A stretch of DNA of 51,949 bases from an uncultured Nitrospirota bacterium (lineage in GTDB: Bacteria > Nitrospirota > Thermodesulfovibrionia > Thermodesulfovibrionales > JdFR-85). The notes below the pieces were generated by a model that saw nothing but the letters and a program-made list of their open reading frames with translations, had not been told where the DNA came from and made no database searches. The DNA is taken from the NCBI GenBank assembly GCA_964539375.1, contig CAZIIE010000002.1, positions 1 to 51,949 on the forward strand, read 5' to 3'. A program made the position numbers and the translations under genes. Positions within the stretch are counted from its first letter, which is position 1. Every line of letters starts with the position of its first letter. Positions 38,282 through 47,808 of the stretch are shown here, piece by piece.

Positions 38282-39343
38282 TTAAAAGATGCTGAACTTA
38301 AAATATCTCTTAGGATGCTCTTTTATGTCCTTAATAAGAAGATTCAGTTCCTTCAGGGTCTTCTTAAGTTCTGTTACCATCTCCTTATCACTGGTCATAG
38401 CCTTCCAGAGCCCCTCACTTTTTTCCAGCTGTTCAGCCAGAAGGTTCAGCCTCTTTGACAGTTCATTAAGATTGTTGTAAAGCTCAGGGTCTTTTATCAT
38501 CCTGTTAAGGGTTCCCTCTGAATTGTTTAATCTATCAGCAAATCGGTCAAGTTTCTCCGTAGCCTTCATAAATCGGTCATAGAGGTCCCTGTCAACCATC
38601 AGCCTCTTAAGGGTGCCCTCGGAGCTTTTTAAGGTGGAGGCAAACTCCTTCACATCCCTCACAGAGGCAGCAATATCCCTGTAGAGTTTATCCTCCTTCA
38701 AAAGCCTTCCAGCTGTGCCCTTTCCGCTCTTTATCCTTCGGACAATCAGAGACACATCCTTTGATGCCTTCTTAAGGTTTCTGTAAAGGGCAGGGTCATT
38801 TATCAGTTTTGGGACCGTTCCCTTTCCTGTGTCAAGCTTTTCAATAATCTGCTCAAGTTTACCGATAAACTCGGTTATCTTTATCAGTGATTCCTGGGAT
38901 TTGCCAACCACCTCCTGAAAGCCTGACTGGGTGGTGCCCTCAATAACATCGGTCTCCTTTAGCTGCTCCGCCCCTCTGCTTCCAGGGCTTATCTCTATGT
39001 ACTTATCACCTAAAAGGCCAAGGGTTAGTATGCTTGCCTTTGAGTCTCTTTTCAGGTATTTAAGGGCATCACGGTCAATACTCATCATAACCTTGATGCG
39101 GTTTTCAGGCAGAAACCTCATCTCTCTTACAGAGCCTATCTCTATTCCGGAAAACCATACAGGTGCACCCTGCCTGAGCCCCTTTACATCCTTGAACACA
39201 GCATAGATGTTTGCCTTTGGCTTCAGTATATCGCCGATACTGCCTGCAAAGATAATTGTCAAAAAGAGTATGGAAAAGGCAAGGGTAAACAGAATGCCCA
39301 CCTTGAACTGAGACACCCTCATCTGTCTTTTGTAACTGCTCAT
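38282..39343 (-). CDS. mlaD: MCE/MlaD-family protein with a long C-terminal coiled coil
   Basis: N-terminal TM, MCE domain (VFKDVKGLRQGAPVWFSGIEIGSV). Repeated GT(V/A/L) segments (KGTVPKL, KGTAGRL, EGTLKRL, EGTLNRM). Confidence 0.8.
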   Translation of the reverse strand: MSSYKRQMRVSQFKVGILFTLAFSILFLTIIFAGSIGDILKPKANIYAVFKDVKGLRQGAPVWFSGIEIGSVREMRFLPENRIKVMMSIDRDALKYLKRDSKASILTLGLLGDKYIEISPGSRGAEQLKETDVIEGTTQSGFQEVVGKSQESLIKITEFIGKLEQIIEKLDTGKGTVPKLINDPALYRNLKKASKDVSLIVRRIKSGKGTAGRLLKEDKLYRDIAASVRDVKEFASTLKSSEGTLKRLMVDRDLYDRFMKATEKLDRFADRLNNSEGTLNRMIKDPELYNNLNELSKRLNLLAEQLEKSEGLWKAMTSDKEMVTELKKTLKELNLLIKDIKEHPKRYFKFSIF

Positions 39344-39417
39344 GCTTTTTAATTATAACCCAAGTTGCTCCTTTATTATAAAAAACAATTAGCAGGACAA
39401 TTCCCTGAACTATGATG

Positions 39418-39448
39418 CCCCCTACCCATCACCTTATTTAACCCCCTA
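39418..39448. repeat. Degenerate CCCCCTA-type element
   Basis: CCCCCTACCCATCACCTTATTTAACCCCCTA. The terminal CTA (39446-39448) is the TAG stop of mlaF. Confidence 0.7.
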
Positions 39449-40183
39449 TAATATCTCATTTATAAACCTTCTCAGCTGCTCATCCTCGGTGCTTTTAAGA
39501 CTGTCAAGCCCTCCATCAAAGGAAATCCTGCCCTCCCTTAAAAACAGAAATCTCTCAGCAACCTTGACCGCATCGGTCACCTTATGGGTAACCACTATAA
39601 GTCCCCTTCTATCAGGTGGTGTGCCTTCGGAGAGCTCATTCATAAGGTTACAGATGGTGTCTGCAGTAAGTGGGTCTAATCCTGTAGTGGGTTCATCATA
39701 AAGTATCATCTTAGGCTCACAGGCAGCAAGGGAGCGGGCAATTGCAACGCGACGCTGCATCCCTCCGCTTAATTCCTCTGGCATAAGGTCCATCGCCCCC
39801 TCTATGCCCACCTTTTCAAGTAACCCCCTCACCCTTTGGTCAATCTCCTCCTCGGTAAGATTGTAAAACTCTCTCAAACAGAAGGCCACATTTTCCTTAA
39901 CACTCAATGAGTCAAAGAGCGCACCCTCCTGAAAGACAATGCTGAACTTCATCCTGACCCTTCTTAGGTCCCTTTCGTCCATCCTTGTTATGTCCTCATC
40001 ATCTATAAGAATCCTCCCCTCATCAGGCAGTAATAACCCCAGTATGAGCTTCAAAAGGGTTGTTTTACCAACACCTGAGCCCCCGAGAATGGCAATCTTT
40101 TCATAAAACTCGGCAGTAAAACTTACAGAGTTTAATACAACCCTGTTGCCAAAGGCGAGACTGACATTTTCAAATCTTATCAT
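39446..40183 (-). CDS. mlaF: ABC transporter ATP-binding protein, MlaF-like
   Basis: Walker A GGSGVGKTT, signature LSGGMQRRVAIARSL, Walker B ILYDEPT. Confidence 0.88.
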   Translation of the reverse strand: MIRFENVSLAFGNRVVLNSVSFTAEFYEKIAILGGSGVGKTTLLKLILGLLLPDEGRILIDDEDITRMDERDLRRVRMKFSIVFQEGALFDSLSVKENVAFCLREFYNLTEEEIDQRVRGLLEKVGIEGAMDLMPEELSGGMQRRVAIARSLAACEPKMILYDEPTTGLDPLTADTICNLMNELSEGTPPDRRGLIVVTHKVTDAVKVAERFLFLREGRISFDGGLDSLKSTEDEQLRRFINEIL

Positions 40184-40950
40184 ACACTCATCCCGAGCAG
40201 TATCAACAGAACCCTTGTTATAACAAAATCAGAGACAATTATGGCTACAGTTGAAAAAACCACCGAAAGGGTGGTGCTTCTCCTCAATCCCCTTGAGCCT
40301 CCTGATGTGGAAAGGCCCATATAACAGCTTATGGTGGATATGATATAACCGAAGACAAAGGGCTTTACCACCCCTGAGAAGACATTTTCAAAATCCAGTA
40401 TCTCCCTTATCTGGGACCAGTAAAAGGGGCTACTCTGATGGCTAACAAAGACCGCAATAAGATACCCGCCAAAAAGAGCTACTGCATCCCCGATTATGGT
40501 CAGCGCAGGCAACACTACCAGGGAGCTTATCACCCTTGGAGTAATCAGCTTTTTTATCGGGTCAATGCCAAAGACCTTCAGTATGTCCACCTGATGACCC
40601 AATACCATTGAGCCGAGCTCAGAGGCCATACCCGAGCCAACCCTTCCTGCATAGCTCAGGGCAATAGCCACCGGGCCTATCTCCCTTACAATAGATACAC
40701 CCACAATCTTTCCAGTATACATCTTGAGCCCAAGGGAAGAAAGCTCTGCTGATATCTGAAGAGAAAGGGCCATTCCTATAAAAAGGGATACCAGAAAAAC
40801 TATAAGCATTGAGCCAGCCCCTGCATAATCCATCTGTTCTATTGTCTCTGCAATATAAAAGGGTCTTTTAAAGATACCAAGGGGTGCCTTAATGGAGAGG
40901 ATGTAATAATCCTGAAGGGAAAGGAGCACTCTTTTACACTGATTTTTCAT
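40180..40950 (-). CDS. mlaE: ABC transporter permease, MlaE-like
   Basis: 256-aa polytopic membrane protein with a 4-nt overlap onto mlaF. GxxxVREIGPV motif typical of MlaE. Confidence 0.85.
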   Translation of the reverse strand: MKNQCKRVLLSLQDYYILSIKAPLGIFKRPFYIAETIEQMDYAGAGSMLIVFLVSLFIGMALSLQISAELSSLGLKMYTGKIVGVSIVREIGPVAIALSYAGRVGSGMASELGSMVLGHQVDILKVFGIDPIKKLITPRVISSLVVLPALTIIGDAVALFGGYLIAVFVSHQSSPFYWSQIREILDFENVFSGVVKPFVFGYIISTISCYMGLSTSGGSRGLRRSTTLSVVFSTVAIIVSDFVITRVLLILLGMSV

Positions 40951-41024
40951 TGATAAATTATATCATCTATTTACAGGGAAGGCAAAAAGGGGCAGCCCCT
41001 AAGGGCCACCCCTTGCAAAGGAAA

Positions 41025-41558
41025 CTACTTTATCTTTGTCTCATCCATACTGTTAAAGAAATCCTTTGATGATACCCTGCTTTTCGGGTCAACCTTTGCT
41101 GGATGGCAGAGGGAGCAAAATCTGTCCATATTTGCACCACCCTTTGTGTCAACCCTGAGATACCTGTAATTGGGATTTGAAGGATGGGGGTCATGACAGC
41201 TCACACACTCAAACCTTCCATCCCTCAAGAGTGCCTTTGGAACCCTTGCAACCCTTTTGTTGACCTTATCAATTCCATAGGGATGACTCTTGTGGGCAAA
41301 AATAGGCCTTATGCCCATTCCCCCCTTTTCAGCTGCATCATGACAGCCAAGACACAGGGCTGTAACACCTGAAAAGGCCTTTCCAGTCCTCGGGTTTTTA
41401 TCAACGGTGTTTGCCTTAACAGCAAAGATAATCTTGCCCTGGGCATCATGAATGGAGTGACAACCTGTGCACATCAGACTATCATGGGCACCTGCAGCCA
41501 GCAAGGTGGTGGGTAAAAGAACCACTAACAAAAGACAGAAAACCCTCAAAAATCCCAT
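41025..41558 (-). CDS. Secreted tetraheme c-type cytochrome
   Basis: Signal peptide plus four CxxCH motifs (CTGCH, CLGCH, CVSCH, CSLCH). Confidence 0.88.
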   Translation of the reverse strand: MGFLRVFCLLLVVLLPTTLLAAGAHDSLMCTGCHSIHDAQGKIIFAVKANTVDKNPRTGKAFSGVTALCLGCHDAAEKGGMGIRPIFAHKSHPYGIDKVNKRVARVPKALLRDGRFECVSCHDPHPSNPNYRYLRVDTKGGANMDRFCSLCHPAKVDPKSRVSSKDFFNSMDETKIK

Positions 41559-41629
41559 AACAAATCCCCCTTATATTGTTTTTTAAGGCTGTAAAACAGC
41601 CTGAATATAATTAAAAAAGGGGCTGTCTT

Positions 41630-41657
41630 TTGTCAAGAAATACAAAGGGGTTATAAT
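41630..41657 (+). promoter_or_regulatory. Sigma70-like promoter candidate for bioF (leaderless-type geometry)
   Basis: TTGTCA (41630-41635), 16-nt spacer, TATAAT (41652-41657). The ATG at 41665 is 7 nt after the -10, with no Shine-Dalgarno. Confidence 0.45.
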
Positions 41658-41664
41658 ATCCTCT

Positions 41665-42819
41665 ATGTTGAGGTTTTCAAAAGCCCTTGAGGAACTGAAA
41701 GAAAAAGCTCTATTCCGCCAGATAAAGGACAGAGAGTCACCACAGGATGCTGAGATAACCCTGAAGGGTAAAAGGCTCATAAACTTTTCCTCAAACGACT
41801 ACCTATGTCTTGCCTCTGACCCCAGGGTAGTTGAGGCATCATGCCGAGGACTGAAGGAGTTTGGTGCAGGTGCTGGGGCATCAAGGCTTCTTTCAGGAGG
41901 CACCACCCTCCATGAACGACTTGAGCTCCTGTTAGCCCGATTTAAGTCAACCGAAAGGGCGATTCTCTTTAACTCTGGTTACTCAGCAAACACAGGTATA
42001 ATACAGGCTCTGGCAGACAGGGACACAGCTATTTTCAGTGATGAGCTCAACCATGCAAGCATAATAGATGGCTGTAGACTCAGCCGGGGCACTGTCTATG
42101 TTTACCGCCACAAAGACCTGGAACATCTAAGGGAGCTCATAAAAAAATCCAGTGCATCCAATAAATTGATAGTTACTGATACTGTCTTCAGTATGGATGG
42201 CGACATTGCGCCCTTAAAAGAGCTTCTGCTGATAGCCACTGAGTATGATGCCCTCCTGTACATTGATGATGCCCATGGCACAGGGGTGCTTGGAAAGGGA
42301 TACGGAGCCCTGAAACATTTTGGTATAAAAGCCGAGCAGAGGATAATCCAGATGTCCACCCTGTCAAAGGCGGTGGGCTCCTTTGGTGCCTTCTTTGCTG
42401 GCTCTGAAGATATCGCCCAGTGGCTGATTAACAGGTCACGCTCCCTGATATTCTCCACCGCCCTGCCCCCCTCGGTTATTGCAGCCTCATTGGAGGGGGT
42501 AAGAATTATCATGGCAGAACCCGAACGGGTTGAAAGGCTCTGGAATAACAGAGAGACCCTCCTCAAGGGCCTTAAGGAGCTTAATATAGAGACCTCACCC
42601 TCTGAGACACCAATAATCCCAGTAAAGGTAAAAACAAACCAGGAGGCTCTCAGGCTTTCTTCCTTTCTTTTTGAAAGGGGAATATATGCACCTGCAATCA
42701 GAAAGCCAACGGTCAGCACACCAAGAATCAGGCTTACCCTTTTGTACTGCCACAGCGATGAACATATCTCAAGGCTTATTGATGCCTTAAGGGAGGCAAG
42801 AAAATGCGGACTGCTCTGA
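41665..42819 (+). CDS. bioF: 8-amino-7-oxononanoate synthase
   Basis: PLP-dependent fold type I. SGYSANTG, DDAHGTG, and PLP-lysine context STLSKAVGSFGA. 384 aa. Confidence 0.88.
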   Translation: MLRFSKALEELKEKALFRQIKDRESPQDAEITLKGKRLINFSSNDYLCLASDPRVVEASCRGLKEFGAGAGASRLLSGGTTLHERLELLLARFKSTERAILFNSGYSANTGIIQALADRDTAIFSDELNHASIIDGCRLSRGTVYVYRHKDLEHLRELIKKSSASNKLIVTDTVFSMDGDIAPLKELLLIATEYDALLYIDDAHGTGVLGKGYGALKHFGIKAEQRIIQMSTLSKAVGSFGAFFAGSEDIAQWLINRSRSLIFSTALPPSVIAASLEGVRIIMAEPERVERLWNNRETLLKGLKELNIETSPSETPIIPVKVKTNQEALRLSSFLFERGIYAPAIRKPTVSTPRIRLTLLYCHSDEHISRLIDALREARKCGLL

Positions 42820-43508
42820 TTACAGGAGCAACCGGTGGGCTTGGCTCAGAGCTTGCACGAGGACTTGACAGCAGAGGTTACAGGGTGATTGTCCATTATT
42901 TTAAAAACTCAATAAAAGCAGAGGCTCTTCTGAGGGAGCTTAAAAACAGCCCTATCCCCTTTCAGGCTGACCTGAGCAGGGCAGAGGATGTAAAAAAGGC
43001 ACTTCCCTTTATAAAGGGCAGCATTGACAGCCTTGACCTGATCATTAACAATGCTTCAATTACCAAGGATAGCCTGATGCTCAGGCTTTCTGAGGAAGAC
43101 TGGGACAGGGTTATTTCAGTAAACCTTACCGGTGCTTTTAACATTGTAAAGACCTTCACCCCTCTTATGGTCTCCTCTGGTGGGGGGCATATAATAAATA
43201 TCACCTCCCTTTCAGGCCTGAGAGGGAGGCCAGGCCAGGCTGCTTACTCTGCCTCAAAGGCTGCTCTGGTGGGCTTCAGCCTCAGTCTTGCAAGAGAGCT
43301 TTCGGTGTATAATATTAAAGTCAACAGCCTGATACCCGGCTATCTGCCCACAGGGATGGGCTTAAGGGCAGAAAGGGCTATGGAAAAGGCAAGGGAGGAA
43401 AGCCTGCTTAAGAGGCTTTCAAACCCTTCAGCAGTGGTTGAGTTTGTAGATTTTCTTGTTAGACAGGACATCACAGGACAGACCTTCAGCATTGAAACAA
43501 GGATATAA
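42804..43508 (+). CDS. SDR-family oxidoreductase (FabG-like) embedded in the bio cluster
   Basis: TGATGGLG cofactor motif, NNAS, catalytic YSASKAA. 16-nt overlap with bioF. Confidence 0.8.
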   Translation: MRTALITGATGGLGSELARGLDSRGYRVIVHYFKNSIKAEALLRELKNSPIPFQADLSRAEDVKKALPFIKGSIDSLDLIINNASITKDSLMLRLSEEDWDRVISVNLTGAFNIVKTFTPLMVSSGGGHIINITSLSGLRGRPGQAAYSASKAALVGFSLSLARELSVYNIKVNSLIPGYLPTGMGLRAERAMEKAREESLLKRLSNPSAVVEFVDFLVRQDITGQTFSIETRI

Positions 43509-43511
43509 GAA

Positions 43512-44219
43512 TTGAACAGAGGCATATTCATAACAGGCACAGATACAGGGGTGGGAAAGACTGTATTTTCCGCCCTGCTTTTAAGGGCACTGTTACTCAA
43601 TGATTACAGTGCCTGCCCTTTCAAGCCCATTGAGACAGGCTGTAGAAGGGATGGTGAAATCCTTTTACCCGAGGATGGTGAATTTCTTAAGGAGATGACC
43701 GCAAAAGCTGAGCCAATAAAAAACATAACCCCCTACTGTTTTGAGCACCCTGTTGCCCCCATGGTTGCCGCTGAACTGGAGGGAAAAGAGATTGAGATTG
43801 AAAGGATAAAGAAAACCTATAAGGAGCTTTCTTTAAAATACGACCTGATAGTTACCGAGGGTGCAGGCGGGTTGATGGTGCCCATAAGGGAAGATTATTA
43901 CTATTTAGACCTTGCCCTTGAGTTAAGGCTGCCTGTTGTGGTGGTTGCTTTAAACAGGCTTGGTGTAATAAACCATACCCTTCTTACCCTTGAGGTGCTT
44001 GACAAGTACGGCCTGAAGGTGCTGGGGGTTGTCCTTAACAACCTCTCCAAAGACCCCCTTGACCAATCCAGGGATAGCAATCTACATACCCTCAAAAGGC
44101 TTATTGATGTTGATATATTTATAAGTATACCGGGTCTCAAACAGATTAGCCGCGAGGAGCTTGACCGGGTAGCTCTTCAAACGATTAATGTGGAGCAGCT
44201 TTTAAATGCGCTCAATTAA
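43512..44219 (+). CDS. bioD: Dethiobiotin synthase
   Basis: FITGTDTGVGKT P-loop, EGAGG motif. TTG start. Confidence 0.88.
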   Translation: MNRGIFITGTDTGVGKTVFSALLLRALLLNDYSACPFKPIETGCRRDGEILLPEDGEFLKEMTAKAEPIKNITPYCFEHPVAPMVAAELEGKEIEIERIKKTYKELSLKYDLIVTEGAGGLMVPIREDYYYLDLALELRLPVVVVALNRLGVINHTLLTLEVLDKYGLKVLGVVLNNLSKDPLDQSRDSNLHTLKRLIDVDIFISIPGLKQISREELDRVALQTINVEQLLNALN

Positions 44220-45369
44220 GTTGAAATCTACAAAAAGGGTGCTTTCAGGACACCTGTGGATATTCTCCAACGAGGTCTCATCTTCACTTAAGGGTTATCA
44301 AAGGGGTGAGCTGGTTGAGGTGCATGACAGAAAGGGTGGATTTATTGGCATCGGCTATGTAAATCCTAACTCTTTAATAGCAGTGAGACTTCTTTCAAGG
44401 CAGAAGGTAAAGATAGATATTGAGTTTTTCAAGAAAAGACTGACCACTGCCTTAGATTATCGCAGGATTGTATATCCTGAAAGCAGCTCCTACAGGGTTG
44501 TCTTTAGTGATTCTGACCTTCTTCCAGGTCTTATAGTTGACCGATTTTCCTCTGTGGTTGTAGTTCAGATACTCACTGCAGGCATGGAACTACTAAAGGA
44601 TATGGTCCTTGAGGCAATTGACCAGGTTTTAAACCCGGAAGTCATCGTGATAAAAAACGACTCGCCCTTCAGAGCCCTTGAGGGTCTTGAGCCCCAGTGT
44701 TACATAGCAAAGGGCAGTCTGAAAGGACCTGTTTATGTTGAAGAGGGTGGTTTGAGGTTTGAAATAGATGTCCTTGGAGGCCAGAAGACCGGTTTTTTTC
44801 TTGACCAGCGGGAAAACCGAAGGGCCTTTTCAGAGCTAATCAATGGCGGTGTAGGTGCTGACCTATTCTCCTATGTTGGTGCCTGGGGATTACAGCTTGC
44901 AAGAAAGGCAGAAAGGGTGGTCTGTGTAGACTCATCCAGGAATGCAACAGCCCTGATAAAGAAAAATGCCGAACTTAACGGTCTCTCCGACAGGGTTGAT
45001 GCCCTCTGCATGGATGTTTTTGAATTTCTTGACAGACAGAGGGCAGAGAAGATCAAATACGACTTTCTGGTGGTTGACCCACCTGCCTTTGTAAAATCAA
45101 GAGCAAGCCTTAAAAGGGCAATAAGTGGCTACAGGGCATTAAATGCAAATGCCATGCTTATTCTGAAAAAGGGTGGTTTTCTTGCAACATCCTCCTGCTC
45201 CTATCACATCGGGGCAGAGGATTTTCTTGACATCATCCGCTATGCTGCCAGGGTCACCAACCGATATGTGAGGGTGGTTGAGTTCAGGTCACAGGCAAGA
45301 GACCATCCCTATCTTATTGGAATGCCCGAGACCAGATATCTCAAGTGCGCTATTTTGCAGGTACTATAA
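44206..45369 (+). CDS. Class I SAM-dependent rRNA methyltransferase with N-terminal PUA-like domain (RlmI/COG1092-like)
   Basis: FLDQRENR, VDPPAF, and C-terminal YLKCAILQV motifs. 14-nt overlap with bioD. Confidence 0.75.
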   Translation: MRSIKLKSTKRVLSGHLWIFSNEVSSSLKGYQRGELVEVHDRKGGFIGIGYVNPNSLIAVRLLSRQKVKIDIEFFKKRLTTALDYRRIVYPESSSYRVVFSDSDLLPGLIVDRFSSVVVVQILTAGMELLKDMVLEAIDQVLNPEVIVIKNDSPFRALEGLEPQCYIAKGSLKGPVYVEEGGLRFEIDVLGGQKTGFFLDQRENRRAFSELINGGVGADLFSYVGAWGLQLARKAERVVCVDSSRNATALIKKNAELNGLSDRVDALCMDVFEFLDRQRAEKIKYDFLVVDPPAFVKSRASLKRAISGYRALNANAMLILKKGGFLATSSCSYHIGAEDFLDIIRYAARVTNRYVRVVEFRSQARDHPYLIGMPETRYLKCAILQVL

Positions 45370-45401
45370 GACAGGGTAGCAGGGCATCTGTATAGCTTAA
45401 G

Positions 45402-47477
45402 TTAAAACCTTTCTGGTGTCTCCTTCTTCATACCATGAAAGTTTCGGCAGATAAAGATGCTGTAATCCCTTAAGACATAACCCCTCTCTCTTACAGTAAA
45501 CAGTCTCCTTTCGCACTCATCAAAGGAAGAGGCAATCCTTCTGGGCAGGGCCTTCTTGCCCCATCTCACAAAGAGGGCATCCTGCCCCTTAAAATCATAA
45601 AAGCCAGGCCAGAGGTCGTACTGGTTCATCCTTCTTCCAAGGTTTACGCAATAGGTTCTCGGCTGTCCCTTCAGATAAAAGGCAAGCTCTGAGGTTATCT
45701 GGTAACGGTCTGAAAAGATGAAATAGGGTCTTCGCAAGTCCTTTGCGATTTTGTCTATTTCTCCAGCAAGAGGGCTCCAGCCCCTGAGCCTTGCCGAGGG
45801 GTCCATCTTTGGTGGCAGATTAATAATTGATGGATAATGGGCAATCACCGTGATAAACAAAGACAGTATCACACCACCAATAAGGGTCAGCCTCACCGAG
45901 CCTTTCCACTGCTGCCATCGGCTGAAAACATAGATTGCTGTGGCAATCACTGAAGATATATAACAGGGAAGCGCCCAGTTTGCCTGAACCTTTCCCTGAA
46001 GGCTTTTAAGCAGAAAAAACATAAAGGTTGGAGCAAAAAACCAGAAAAGAAATCCCTGGTCACTTTTCTGTTTTAAGCACCATAACAGGCCAGCTATCAT
46101 AAAGACAAATACCACAGGTCCTACCACACCTAACTGGGAGCCAAGAAACTCAAAAAACCTCCCTGGTTTCAGGGTCAGACCATCGGAAATATGGGCCTGC
46201 CCCGCAGTGTGAAGAAAACTAACCCAGCCATGCTGAGCGTTCCAGATGACAATCGGTGAGGCTACGACAAGGCAGACAAGAAGACCGATCCAGGGCCCAG
46301 GGCTTAACAGAAGCCCCCTCTTATCTTTATTAAAAATCATAAACAGAAAGGCAGAGCCAATGAAAAAAACCATTGAATACTTAACCAGGATTCCAACCCC
46401 TGTCACAAATCCAAGCAGCAGCCATCCCTTTAGCCCCTTTCTCCTTATAGGCCAGTCCCTTACAAGCCACCAGAACAGATAAAGTGCCAGAGACCAGACA
46501 AGTATAAGGGGAGAGTCTATGGTATTAATAACACCGAAGGCTGCAAAAAGGGGAATAATGTTAAAAAGCAGTGCTGAAAAAAGCCCTGCTTTTTGCCTTT
46601 TTTCATAACTTTCAAAGCCCTGGAAACAATCCGATACCGACAGGGTTAGGGCATAGATTGTTAAAGAGGAAAAAAGAATAAACAAAACCGCAGGCAGTCT
46701 GACACCGAGCAGGGTGTTACCAAAAATAAGGGTAGATGCCTTAATAATATAGGCTATTGCTGGTCCCTTTGAATAGTAGCTGAGGTCAAGATTTCTTGAC
46801 CAGTCCCAGTAATGGGCCTCATCAGGACTCAGGTCAAGGGGGCCTGTCTGGATGTAATAGAGCCTGAAAAGACTAAGCCCAAAGAGCATGAAAAGCAAAA
46901 GGGCATAGCCTCTTTTGTTTTTTAAAAGACCTGAAAAGACAGTATAACCCCAGATGGCAAACCAGCCTGCTGCCACTCCAAGCACCCCGCCTGAAAGGAC
47001 ATCAAAGGGATAGTGCACTCCCACATAAACCCTTGAAAAGGCCACAACGAGGGCTACAAGGAGACTGTAGCCAATCAGGGATGTCCTTAAAAGCCCCCTT
47101 TCGGTCTGCCTCAGGAAATAACAGAGAACCAGAGCCACTGAAAAGGCATTTGCACTGTGAGAGGAGGGCAGTGAGTAGGAGCCACCCTTTCCAACTAACA
47201 CCACTGCGTCCCTGATCGCCTGAAAGGGTCTTGGTCTCTGAAAGAGGTGCTTCAGTGTGTTAGAAAGGCCATCGGATATACTGAGGGCAACCAGGGAAAC
47301 TATCAAGGTTATAAGAAAGAGCCTTCTGTTTTTTAAAAGCAGATACAGGAGGACAGGAATAAAAAGCAAAGGCACATGGTCTGTAACAAAGGGCATGACC
47401 CTGTCTAAGACTGGATTAGAAATACCCCTGTTCAGGAGATTAAATAGATGGGTATCAATTAACCGAAGGCTTTCCAT
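45402..47477 (-). CDS. Fusion membrane protein: PAP2 lipid phosphatase (aa 1-~185) plus GT-C glycosyltransferase of the ArnT/PMT_2 type
   Basis: PAP2 motifs KHLFQRPRP, PSSHS, SRVYVGVHYPFD. Then DEAHYWDWSRNL...YSKGPAIAY and about 10 more TM helices typical of GT39/GT83. Confidence 0.8.
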   Translation of the reverse strand: MESLRLIDTHLFNLLNRGISNPVLDRVMPFVTDHVPLLFIPVLLYLLLKNRRLFLITLIVSLVALSISDGLSNTLKHLFQRPRPFQAIRDAVVLVGKGGSYSLPSSHSANAFSVALVLCYFLRQTERGLLRTSLIGYSLLVALVVAFSRVYVGVHYPFDVLSGGVLGVAAGWFAIWGYTVFSGLLKNKRGYALLLFMLFGLSLFRLYYIQTGPLDLSPDEAHYWDWSRNLDLSYYSKGPAIAYIIKASTLIFGNTLLGVRLPAVLFILFSSLTIYALTLSVSDCFQGFESYEKRQKAGLFSALLFNIIPLFAAFGVINTIDSPLILVWSLALYLFWWLVRDWPIRRKGLKGWLLLGFVTGVGILVKYSMVFFIGSAFLFMIFNKDKRGLLLSPGPWIGLLVCLVVASPIVIWNAQHGWVSFLHTAGQAHISDGLTLKPGRFFEFLGSQLGVVGPVVFVFMIAGLLWCLKQKSDQGFLFWFFAPTFMFFLLKSLQGKVQANWALPCYISSVIATAIYVFSRWQQWKGSVRLTLIGGVILSLFITVIAHYPSIINLPPKMDPSARLRGWSPLAGEIDKIAKDLRRPYFIFSDRYQITSELAFYLKGQPRTYCVNLGRRMNQYDLWPGFYDFKGQDALFVRWGKKALPRRIASSFDECERRLFTVRERGYVLRDYSIFICRNFHGMKKETPERF

Positions 47478-47808
47478 TAAGGAGTTCTCTGACCTTTTCC
47501 CGCAACTCGCCTATTCGGAAGGGTTTCTGTATAAAGTGCTCATCCACTGAGATATCAGAACCGCTTACTACCAGAAACTTTACATCCCCTTTAATTTGCT
47601 CTCTGCACTTTTTTATTATCTCCTCTCTGGTAAGCCCATCCATGTGAAGGTCTAAGATGACAAGGTCATAATGGGAGTTTTCAAGCCTTGAGAGAAACTC
47701 CTCTTTGTTACTTGCTGTTATGACTTCGTAGCCAATCTTTGAAAGTGCTCGTTCTATTGATTTAAGTATAAGCTGTTCGTCATCTATGGCAAGTATCCTT
47801 TTGCCCAT
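47455..47808 (-). CDS. Single-domain response regulator (CheY-like receiver)
   Basis: KRILAIDDEQ...DLVILDLHMDG...VVSGS receiver motifs. ATG at 47808. 23-nt overlap with the PAP2/GT-C gene. Confidence 0.88.
   Translation of the reverse strand: MGKRILAIDDEQLILKSIERALSKIGYEVITASNKEEFLSRLENSHYDLVILDLHMDGLTREEIIKKCREQIKGDVKFLVVSGSDISVDEHFIQKPFRIGELREKVRELLNGKPSVN

Noticed and set aside
39418-39448. G-quadruplex at the mlaF 3' element
   Set aside because: Only three C/G-runs are present, and one gap is 14 nt. It does not meet the four-run G3+ N1-7 definition, unlike 25322-25349.
42102-42719. 205-aa minus-strand ORF
   Set aside because: It lies entirely inside bioF, whose + frame carries PLP-enzyme motifs. 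The antisense translation has no recognisable features.
44206-45369. Methyltransferase after bioD as BioC
   Set aside because: It has an N-terminal PUA-like domain and the FLDQRENR, VDPPAF and YLKCAIL motifs of COG1092 rRNA m5C methyltransferases. It does not have the small BioC architecture.
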